A stretch of DNA of 49,216 nucleotides, the filler included, from Sphacelaria rigidula (lineage: Eukaryota): the NCBI GenBank assembly GCA_964200075.2. It is 2 parts of 2 records of this genome, joined end to end, with 100 filler letters (N's around TTAATTAATTAA, not from the genome) between each part and the next. Parts side by side here need not be neighbours in the genome. Positions count along the whole stretch, not along the records: positions 1 to 24,574 come from CAXNAA020000197.1; 1 more part is not named here. One strand, given 5' to 3'. This document shows positions 11,001-20,914 of the stretch, one piece after another; within the stretch, counting starts at the first letter, position 1, and every line of letters starts with the position of its first letter. The position numbers and the translations under genes were made by a program. The notes beneath the pieces are model-generated. The model was not told the DNA's origin and did no database searches. It saw nothing but the letters and a program-made list of their open reading frames with translations.

Positions 11001-14000
11001 ACCGTAGATGACGCACTTGGGGCTGTTGTGGTCCCTCCTGGTCTCGTTTACATTTTTGAACAACCTTTCAAGTGCCAACAACCGCCCGAGTGTTGTGAAA
11101 CAACTGAGTGGTCCAATGGCAGGGGGTTGTACTCATGATGCTGCATGCCATAGTCATGCGACCGTTGACCTCGCATCCCTACAAAGCCGGGACGGAGCAT
11201 GCCGGGTTTCCGCCAGACCAGGCTTGGAATTAATCCCCAAGCGCAAAGCACCGCGACGTGTTGGGGAGTCGCATGAAGGGTTAGCATGCAGAGATTGTTC
11301 GGCTCAAGCATGAAAATATCTTGCATGAGGATGACAGTCTTGAATGAGTTGCTTCATGTTCTGGTGTCGTTACTCCCAGAGACAGCCACGGGTTACTCTG
11401 CCTCGTGGATGTCTCACCATTCAAAGATTACACAGAACAATCATCCCCTTCGCGAGGAGTTTGGGTTCTCCAGCCCGCACAATACGATCTAGCTCGACCA
11501 CTATCATGGTTGCGGCAAAAAAACACGAATACCTGGTTAACCTGGTTGCCTAGCTTACGCAGTTAGCAGCGCGTTTTTACAGCATCGTTGCGAACCTACG
11601 CCAACCCTCAGGAGGGGGACGGGGGAAGGGTCATGTCTTGCACGAAGAACTATCTCGAGGTGTCACCATAGGCAGTCACTTTATTCTAGTGCTCTTGATT
11701 GCAGTAACACACACGCGTGCGCACAAACCACTCCACAATAGACTTACCCATGAAATTTCCATCGAGATTGCGTGGGGTTGTATAACACACTCAATAGTAC
11801 CCCTTTATTTATCGCTACTCCACCAGAGGATATTTCCACCGTCACATCTACCCAAGGCAGGAATTGAGAACTCGTTTGGTTTCCACTTCGGCAGAGATGC
11901 TTCGTTGTCGACTAGGCGGTACTGCGATTCAACGCCGGGTATGCGTTGTCACCCCTCCGCCACCCAGCACGAAGGTAACATATCTGAGACATCCGTGTTG
12001 CCTTTTCTATAGAGCTACTGCTTACTTTCACGTGGATGATGATGTTGTTCCTCACATAAGCCCATTTCCAGATATCTAGCACCCGTCGTGACAAACCCAT
12101 GGCACAAAAAGACTCAATACAATAACGTGTCCTCCTGGGATATTCGCCTAAGGATTTTCCATTATATCTCTCAGGTTAGCACTTCACGTTTCGACCATAG
12201 ATAGAAACAATCCGCATGATTTATTGATTATCGCACATGAAGTGATCCCAGTGGTCATTATTCACACGGCTTCAGACGCGGTCATTATCTACAAGATAGG
12301 CGTACCCAAGGAAAAAATATATATATACTCGCTAAAGAAAACATGACGAGGAAGAAGGTGAAGGAAAGAAAAAAACATGGAAGACGGGGAAATGGTCCTC
12401 CTGTATGTTTGACAATTCCTGCCAAGTGATCGGCACAAGGTGGAGTGTTATAAAAAGTTGAGTTATATGCGCGAAACACCAAAGATCGCGCAAACGGCAG
12501 GAAGTACTCAACATCTTCCTTTAGATTCTTCAAAAAGCAACAGGTGAAAAGTTGCGGTCCACTGCAAGGTGACATTGTACTTATTCTAAGTATGATCCTC
12601 TTGAATAGAACCATCGGTCCAGGGAAAGAAAAAGACGTGGCCCACCGCCATCAAACCACTCTTGGTTATCACATCATGGGCAAAAAAAACAACCAAGGCG
12701 TCGAAAAAAACAGAGATCCACGAGAACTATTTGGACATCCTGTACTTAAGCTCCTGAATGGTCAATCGCGCGGGAACAAAGGTTGGATGTAGCTACCGAG
12801 AACAGAGCGGGGCGAACGACGCAGCACGGTAGCGGTCGGACGTATTTTCCGTGCCAATCACTTGCGCCGTCTTCGAAGAAATCTAGAGGCATGACGACAC
12901 TTGACGACACTTGAACACGTGCGTATGCTACGACGCAGCACCTAGGCGGCTGGCTGACTGTAGATGGGATAGGACAGGCACATGAACAGATCAGTCGTTT
13001 TATCCCCGTCAAGTTCATCAGGAAGTCCTCCCACATAATGACTGCATGTCAGGGTAGCACGTGTCGCCCAGGGTCAACCTCTGTGAAAACGTCGAAGAGA
13101 AAATAATAGAAAATTTGTAAGGCACACACGACGTTGTTGCGCTTGCAACCCTATTTACGCCTGGGTTCGCCGTAGGTGGTGTGGAATCGGTGGGACCATT
13201 CGCGTGTTTCGGGGCAAAAAAATTGGATTCGTGTACGATCGAAATGGTGGGGGGGGGGGGGCAATGCTCCGTACCTCAGCGTGCCCCCCCAACAGCACGT
13301 TGTTCAGCCCCCAAAGAGACCCAGGACCCCACACCCCAAGATACGCCGCTTGTCGTATCGCCGTGTGTAGAAGCCTCTCGTTTTCTTTGTCTATCGCCTC
13401 CCGCACATAGCTCTCAATGCGGCCCTTGATCACAAAGAACATCTGCATCCCAGACGCAACAAACAAGCGCGACACGAACAGTCATGCTAGCAGCGAAGCC
13501 CCATGTGATGTTCATAGCAGCTTTGAATGACTCAGATGTCGTCCGTCGAGAGGAGCGAGGAGGTGGTGGCTCGCAAAGACGGTGACACGGTCGTGAGCTT
13601 GTCTGTACTCTACTGTAACACGAATTCACGGTTCGGACGAATCATCGTCGGTTTGAATCACCAAATCTACGATATTTCCAGGCCTGATTGCTCGAAAGAG
13701 AGAAAACAGTCGACGGATGGTCAAAAAGGTGCCCACGCAACTTTTGCGCCATTCTGCGTGCCTGGGTTACGCGTACCTGGGTTGCAACGCTGAAAACAAA
13801 GCTCAAGGATTGATGCGTACGGTACGAATCAATCACACAAAAATCAAGTGATTTCCTGAAACGAATCATATATTCGTTCGACCCGCGCACCAATCACAAC
13901 CCTAACCTTCCCCGCCAGTCCTAGGTTAGTCATTGCGTACCTGCACAACTAGATCCCCCTGTTGCAGCACCTCCTCTCCCTTATCCAATTCCATGGGCTT

Positions 14001-17000
14001 GAGCGCCCTCGCAAGCCTCACCGACACCAACGGAGGGAACTCGCCCACCTGCAGAAGACTCGTGGCCGACAGTGCCACGGCGTGCGTGCTAGCAACCACC
14101 TCTTGGCAGAGCTGCAACGGCACGTGGTTCATCACGATCCTCTCGTCAAAAACCGACGTTTTAAAATAATAATACCGAAAATGGCGTTTGATGCGGGAGG
14201 TGATTCCTTCGGGTAATCGCCGATCCAGGGAGTACTCAGAAATTTCCTGGGGAGATCGTTCAGACGAGCAGTAGACAGACGTGGCTGTGTGTGCTTTCAT
14301 AGTTGTAGCCGTCTTCCTGCAGAGTGAAGAATGTATTCGTGGGGTCTGGTCCAAAGTGCAACGCAGGGGTACCATTGAGCATATCGCGCACTGTACAAGC
14401 ATAGAATGTGCTGGCGAATGTGCTCGACAGAACCACTGCAGCACCTCTTCAATCGTGTTGCCTGAGCATTTCCGTCCCGAATCTCTCCTCTTCACCTCTC
14501 AAACCTACCACAGTACCCTTCAACTTCGTTGTCCAACGCCAACCTGCAGGTTTCTGGTGGTGGCCTTCTGAATGGGTGCGATAAATTGCACGATACGCCT
14601 GGTAGCCGCAATGATGAAACCGAACAGTGTGGCTCCGGTAAGCTGGATACCCACGCTCAAAATCAGTCCCTAGGAGGTCGGCGTGGAACAGCATGGAACA
14701 GAACGCACGCGTCAGATTGTTTCACGAAGACTGCACGCAAGGCATTTCGGCACTCACAGCAGAGCACAGTGTGTCAAGAGATGAATCCTGAAACTATTTT
14801 TTGTTAATGCTCTGAGGAACCTTCGGATTTTTGTTGTTATTGCTTCCTCATCATACTTTCTCTTCGTCGAGACGAGTCGGTAGTACAGTGGGGGGCTCTC
14901 AGTAGTGCCGCAATGTGCCCACCACGGACACCGGCACTACTCAGAGAGCCCGGCACTACTCTGAAAAGTGCCAAAACAGATGCAATTGAGGGCTCTGAAT
15001 ACCTCAGTAGTGCCGGCTCTGGCACTACTGACGACCGTCCGTTCGTGCAGTGCTACGCTTGCCCTTCGTGGGACCAACGGAAGCACAAAACGGACGAGGA
15101 CCTTTGTTTCAAGGGGTTTCGATAGGATACGTCACGTAAGGTTTCGGGGTAGCAGAACTGAACCCGATGTTTTTTGTTATTCACATTCAACTTGATTGAT
15201 CCTGTTCACAGGTTGATTATTTCCTTCCCTACTAGCACAACAGCAGCAGTACGGCCACAAAAGTTGCTCATGCCGAAAGACCTTCCCGACAAGAAAAACA
15301 AGGACACACCTGCACCCAACTCAACTATGAAGGTGCGGCATCTGGTGTGGAAAAAACTCACGAAAGAGTACACCGCCCACCAAAAGGAGTGAGCGAGAAA
15401 GAATGAACCACGCCCCTTGTCACTTCCTACCGGCTACCGAGACAAGGAGCGGTGCATTTCGTTGTCGCCAAACATGCTGCCGCAAATACCGTGGAGCCTC
15501 CCGCCACATGTTCCCTGGCAACCGTGGCCATGACGGCCTTCTGGCGTCGTGGCCTGCACCAGGCACAGGTCACCTGCCGCACAAGGCATGTTGTGTCCCT
15601 ACGTTGCAAGGTCTGCACCAGCACGTACCCTGCTGTACCCCTACTGGTACTTGGTTGGTGGGGGGCAAGGCGTGCGTGAGTGTGTCCGGAACCGGCACTG
15701 TTGAGGGTACAAAGCCGGTCAAACCGGCAATACTGTGGTTCATCTGTCAGTAGTGCCGGGCGGCACTACTGCGAGCTCTGTCTGTGCCCGGACATTTTAC
15801 CGGCATTATATAGGTCGTTGACACTATTCAACTGGCACGTCTGAGAGTCTCCCACTGTATTGAAGAATCAGTCCATTTCTACCTCGGCACACACCCGGCG
15901 TTTTCGTGTCGCGGATTGGATCATGACCAACCCTTCGGCATCGTATCGCCATGGCAAGGTTTCCTTTGCCCACCCACATCCTCGCATCTCTAACGACGAA
16001 AATCAGACTACGATATGATGAAAAAAGAACACGTATCTATCGGGGGTCGACCCCTCGACCTTCCGCCCTACCCGGCCGAAGGTGTCAAGATACCAGTGCA
16101 TCATCGGGGGGCGTAGGTCTGTTGTCGGCGAATTCACTTTGGCAAAATTAAAACCCCTTGGATGTTACAGGGCACATAAAGCCTAATAAAATAGTTAATT
16201 TTTTTATTGAACTCATATGTGGTGGCAGTCAAGTTGCCGAGGCAAATGCTCCAACTTCAAACCTCCGAGTGTCAAACCAACCCACCAGGAAGCGCCTATA
16301 GTAGTTTGTAAATCTCACGTATGTCCCTCCTCTTTGCCGTTTTGTTTTCTTGAAACTCGACGTGAAGACTGAACGTGACTGTTGCTTCTCCCCTGTTATC
16401 ATTGTCCTGAATCTGAATTCCTTCCAATCTGCAAACATCATGTCGTCTCGTTGAGATAAAAACACTTCCCGCGATAGCGCGCCGGTAACCCAGTATCCGG
16501 CGGAGGAGGCGCTCGATCACGGCTCCTTTTTTCCGATGTGCTCCACGTAATTAGGACGAACCTTGATGTTTGTTAACTCCTAAGGCAGGTGAACAGGCTG
16601 ATCCATTAATTCCAAATACTATTTGACGGGATGTTCCTCTGCCAATATCTCATGGGACGATAATCGGGTCCTCACTTGTCAGGATAAATGCTAGCGCGGA
16701 AAGCGGAGTGACCGAGGATCAGATCGTAGTCTTGTGAGGATCAGCTGAGCCACGGCATCACGGCATTTATTTAAAAAACGCTTACTCTATTTTCTGAGCC
16801 GTGACAGCATGGTATTTCCACCACCACGCATCCGACAGTCAGGAGTGACAAATCACCTTTTTGCTGTTGGCGTCAGCGCTTTGATCGCCGTAGCCCACGG
16901 TCATCATAGTGTAGATGATGAAGTAGAAAGAAGATAGATATTGGCTAGCGGTAGAATCCTCCGTCCCGCATTGCTTCCATGGTTTTGCGCTGCCCTGCCA

Positions 17001-20000
17001 CGAGAATGTGTGTGTGTGTGTGTGCGGGGGGGCGTGATGTATACCGCGGGCAGCAACGTCGAAGTAATCAGTAAATATCACCTGGACACTACCCCTGTCC
17101 CATTAGGTCACAACGTTACGCGCTTGGATTATTTACTGCTTGTTGGCGGAATCGACAGAAATAAATATTTGTGGAAATGTTAGGCCGGCCTTGAGAACGT
17201 TTGTTCGGGGTACAATTTTGCAGGAAGATCGCATCTTCCAAGGTGGACCCATTTCGAATCTAAAATAGATATTTTCAACTATTAATAATAAATGATCAAC
17301 TTTGAGACTACTGTTTGAGCCCAATAATGTCAGAATGATCCCCACTGTAGCTCATACGGAAGCCAAGACCCTCAACTCTTGGCCGATACCACGAGCAAAG
17401 ATGCGGGTCTCAATGCCGCTCTCACATGAGTCATTAAAATGGTAGGTGTGAATTTGCATCTCGTATCCGGAGTTTTGGGCAAGCCATCGAATTGGGCGCA
17501 CTGGTGCGCAAGGACGATGGGGATCCTCTGCCTATGAAACAGATTGACTGAAAGCTGAGGTCTTGGGAGTTAGCAGGTCGTACTCTATCGCACTGTGAGT
17601 CCACCTTGCATATATGCTTTGCGAGAAAGTTTGACTCCGAGTTGGTCCAGTTAGGTATCTCCTCCGGCTTCGGAACGTTCGATCATGGCCGAAACGCGAG
17701 CAATTATCGGCCAAAGCCTTTTTATTGTACCGTACGAACATCTGGGAGGCTTCACAAACGTACACCATACCTTGATTTTCATGTACGGTTTCAGCAACAA
17801 GAAATGATGTAATTGCGAGTGATGACGCACCTCGAGCATCATAATCTTCTTACTTATGGGGCGTAGGATAAGTATAATATTATGAGCATCTGACTCGTTG
17901 AAAACTGCCTGGGTTCATTTCAAAAGTACCGTGTTTGGTCGATTGTTCGAAACTTCCGAGCGTGCATATCTGTGTTCGCCGCTGCTTGTTATAACATATG
18001 TTCTCCTCCAACGATATACGGGTAACATCGTGTGTACGGTGAGCTAATGCTGAAGTTCGGCATGAGTTCTACCCGTTTGTTGCTTGGAAGTTGAAAGCGA
18101 GATTCGCGCTTTGAATCGAACCGTATGCGGTACCACCCCGTCCACCTCGGTGTAAATACGTTCACGGTGTGTCCACTGTATGTACTTTACCCAGCATTGA
18201 CTGCGTTCCAGTTTGGCGGGTGAGTACACCACAGAACCCCAGAATACCCAGTGTTCTCGGCAAGCGATTCTCCAGGTACTGTGGAATATTCCGTGTATTC
18301 GCCGAGCGATACTCCAAGTTCTCTGGAGTAAACAGCAAATCTCTGTCAATCAGATCGTGACCTTTTATTGAGATCCTGAACCATTTTCTAAGTTTCAAGA
18401 GGTGGTCTGATTGACGGGCTGTACAGCCGATGTACCCAACAAAGGCTAAAGCCCTGTCTTGTGGGAACGATATACTGTGCCTACTTCGTTGATCGGACAT
18501 CATCCGGTGACCTTACAGCAGTCACTTCAAACCCGGTTGAGGGACCAAAGCGGTACCTCTTTTGTTTTAAGACCACCACAAACACTTTATGGAAGTCTGT
18601 AATCTGACTGGATATGATCGGATTGAAAACCAAGCGCGGCATATTGTTCCCACGAGCCACGGCTTCAACCCTTGGGGGGCCTGGGCTGAATAGCCCCTAT
18701 CTTACATCAAAACTGAAGGAAAGTAAGATGCGGCCCAGGATCTTAAAAGCGGGATATGATTTGGTTTGCACGAATATGCTGCCAACACTCAATGTTTTCG
18801 GCAGGCGGTACGTCAGGCACGCTGGAATGCTCAGTGTTTTTGGCAGGTGGTAGGTCAGGTATCCCGGAATACTCAACAGTTTCGACGGGCGGCACTTCAG
18901 GTACTCTGAAATACTCAGTATTTTTGGCAGGCGGTACTTCACCCACCCTGGAATCCCAAGCACTTTGAATGGATTAACACCCCTGGTACTCTGGAATGCT
19001 AAGCACTGAAAAAACTCTGAAAGTTCAGAGTACGTGGAGTTTCGTACACTATTTTAAACACCTTTTGGAAATACTTGAGTCGTGAATGAAGTATTCTTGT
19101 ACCTTACAACTGGAGAACGATGTGGCACAGTCACGGTTATGTCGCGCTTTTTGTCGCACATTATGCCGATAACGGCGTGTCCCTGCGACACAGAGATCAC
19201 GTACTATCCCGCCTGTCTGACGCCGGACATATAGTCGGGGATATTGAGAACGGTTCATCAGGTCGACTTTGATTCGAGAAGCCTTTCGGGAAGAGTCTTC
19301 ATTTTCCGACCTGGGTTTCAAACAAAAGGTGCTTCGCAACTGACGCAGCAATCATGATATTGCATCGTAACCATGCCTGACCGAGCACAAGCCGTACCAC
19401 TAGCGCCAACCCTAACCATGGATAGCTCACTGCTTTCGCCGCGTCATAGCAGTGCACCCAGAACCAGAGGCAGCTGAGCAGATGCGCCGCCAAGATGACC
19501 GTCACCAGAGTCTTTCCAATGCTCATCGCCACGGGGCTCACCTGTTCGACGTAGTGTATTCGTTAGATGCTCGCATACTTACCACCCGGAGTACACTACG
19601 CTTGCCATTGGGAACAACTTCAGTTCAGGTGCAAAGCGATGCACTGAAATCATCTATTCTACCGCTGTTCCTCTACGTAGCTCCAAGGGTATCAAGTAGA
19701 TCAATGACTCGCCGATCATTTAGCGAATGGTCTGCTCAGAGGTCGCTGGTTTGGTGTCGTAATTGCCGCGGACTTACACGTTTGCGGTGGCAGTAGGTAG
19801 TACTGTTCATGCCGATCACACGTACCCGGGGGAATAACTCCAGGCATGTGTCGCAACATTCACGTTGTGATAAGGTGACGTATCCGTGGTATTAGCATGA
19901 CACACTCACCTCATAGTGCATAGTGTACACCTTGACCACTTTCAGCAGCGTCAAGAGACGCAAAGCTCGCATCGGGATGATTATCATTACGCTCGGATAC

Positions 20001-20914
20001 ACGTGAGGCCGAAGCAGCGTAGTGAGCGGCAAGCACGTGACGAGATCCAGGGTAAACCATGTCGACAAGTACTGTTGAGCGATGACCTTGCGATCCGTCA
20101 AAAGTCCGGACTCCGTCGGTATAGCCGTGAAGAAGCGAAGCACCGTATCTACTATGAAGGACACGTTCACGATTCCATTCAGCGTCATGTCAAGCGTTCC
20201 CGCCCCCACCTCGTCATCCGTGGGGAAACTTATTCGATACGGGACTACCAGGACAGAATACATTATGTTCAGGTGCATCCAATGTTTCCAGGAGAGCATC
20301 CGTCGGGATCTAGGGTCCAGTATATACGGACTGAGGACCGCCTTCGCCTTGAAATTTACAGCTCTTCGTTTCAACTTCATGGCCGCGCGTAGTGTTGCCA
20401 TTGTTAAGGCCCCTCGATTTGCACCCCTGCCCGCGAAACCAACGTGTGAGCTTTTTCGCACGGGTTTTACTTCACGCCAAAAATCTGCCCGCCTCACGGT
20501 CTCTGCATTGTTCGTATCACTATTTCGCCGTTTCCGAAATCTACTCCTCGCCGCAAAAAGTAAGGAGGTCCGTCGTGCGAACCGGTCGCGATCGCCGCCC
20601 CGGACACCATCATGAGCTGTTGACACTACCACGTTCGGTGATGGCAAACTCGGTTGTAGTCCCAGACTGTCTTCCTGACTATCGCTATGTCGCTTGGCGT
20701 CATCAGCTTTCCCTTCTGCCCGGCAAGCTCTTCCGACTGTCGAGGTATCTCGTCCTATCGCCGTGCCCCCCCAAACAGGATTCCTTAGATGCATTGCGCT
20801 CGCAGTTCCGCGGTTTCCTCGATCTGATTCTAGACCTAACCTATCAGTACCCTCATCCCCATTTCCAACGAGCGCTCCCGCGATGGTGTTGTTAGCATCA
20901 GCGTGTTGGTCCAT
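7791..20914 (-). CDS. Whole gene: cyclic-nucleotide-binding-domain K+ channel (CNG/HCN/KCNH-like), 9 exons, about 775 aa
   Basis: Exons 20914-19910, 19541-19431, 16994-16857, 14669-14544, 14246-13941, 13442-13275, 10746-10621, 8503-8423 and 8057-7791 join in frame at GT-AG sites. They give S1-S4, S5, the pore motif TVGYGD, S6, C-linker and CNBD. The 3' end is uncertain. Confidence 0.88.
8423..8503 (-). CDS. K+ channel exon 8
   Basis: CAG|ALREAMASETIAKEGFKLKKACLIDLK|GTGAC, 81 nt, phase-compatible. Confidence 0.65.
10090..10340 (-). mobile_element. Non-LTR retroelement 3' remnant
   Basis: Pyrimidine-rich tract plus TTGTGGATAATGACC motif shared with 12280-12294 and 40179-40193; AAT-rich tail. 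Confidence 0.5.
10342..10381. repeat. (ACA)n microsatellite
   Basis: Seen directly. Confidence 0.9.
10621..10746 (-). CDS. K+ channel exon 7 (end of CNBD)
   Basis: CAG|ATFVAAGQCDLMWLDQLDLMLAMEECPEIRQSMEKTATLHQE|GTGAC fits the CNBD beta7-beta8-alphaB pattern. Confidence 0.82.
11121..11630. repeat. Interspersed repeat family G, long copy
   Basis: Starts GGGG.TGTACTCATGAT, ends CGCCAACCCT plus G-rich tract; homologous along its length to 32991-33505. Confidence 0.85.
12220..12420 (-). mobile_element. Non-LTR retroelement 3' remnant
   Basis: CTATCTTGTAGATAATGACC plus AATCAATAAATC tail. Confidence 0.5.
13275..13442 (-). CDS. K+ channel exon 6 (CNBD beta-roll)
   Basis: CAG|MFFVIKGRIE..WGPGSLWGLNNVLLGGHAE|GTACG, 168 nt. 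Confidence 0.88.
13627..13887. mobile_element. hAT-type MITE family B, copy 1
   Basis: TIR CACGGTTCGGACGAAT / ATTCGTTCGACCCGCG; flanks CACGAATT and CACCAATC (6/8). Confidence 0.75.
13941..14246 (-). CDS. K+ channel exon 5 (C-linker, start of CNBD)
   Basis: EISEYSLDRRLPEGITSRIKRHFRYYY..LARALKPMELDKGEEVLQQGDLVVQ|GTACG, 306 nt. Confidence 0.92.
14544..14669 (-). CDS. K+ channel exon 4 (S6)
   Basis: TAG|GLILSVGIQLTGATLFGFIIAATRRIVQFIAPIQKATTRNLQ|GTTGG, 126 nt; not in the ORF track because the frame lacks a start codon. Confidence 0.88.
14840..16113 (-). mobile_element. tRNA-derived SINE copy interrupted by the element at 14886-15857
   Basis: Head with TGATGCACTGG and GGGTCGACCCC boxes at about 16103-16043; the body motif GACGAGTCGGTAGTA|TTGAAGAATCAGTCCAT is split at the insertion. 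Confidence 0.65.
14886..15857. mobile_element. Non-autonomous DNA transposon with TA TSD (Tc1/mariner-pogo-like ends)
   Basis: TA|CAGTGGGGGGCTCTCAGTAGTGCC ... GGCACGTCTGAGAGTCTCCCACTG|TA (20/24 TIR match); subterminal CCGGCACTACT repeats at both ends. Confidence 0.8.
16857..16994 (-). CDS. K+ channel exon 3 (pore helix and selectivity filter)
   Basis: QYLSSFYFIIYTMMTVGYGDQ; AG/GT bounded, 138 nt. Confidence 0.92.
18165..19051. repeat. Element with ~42-bp subterminal minisatellite units
   Basis: Four or more tandem units TCAGTGTTTTTGGCAGGCGGTAC.TCAGGTAC.CTGGAATAC at 18789-18956 and related units at about 18210-18330; termini not resolved. Confidence 0.5.
19431..19541 (-). CDS. K+ channel exon 2 (S5)
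   Basis: CAG|VSPVAMSIGKTLVTVILAAHLLSCLWFWVHCYDAAKA|GTGAG, 111 nt. Confidence 0.9.
19910..20914 (-). CDS. K+ channel exon 1 (N-terminus, S1-S4)
   Basis: YILDPRSRRMLSWKHW..YSVLVVPYRISF..FIVDTVLRFFTA..YLSTWFTLDLVTCLP is typical S1-S3 of CNBD channels; donor GAG|GTGAGT; in-frame stop upstream of ATG 20914. Confidence 0.9.

Noticed and set aside
12285..12614. ORF as a missing CNBD exon
   Set aside because: It has no CNBD motif or compatible splice pair and overlaps a retroelement remnant.
18789..18956. Repeat-protein ORFs (YRLPKTLSI..)
   Set aside because: These are translations of a 42-bp minisatellite that is open on both strands, with no splice context.
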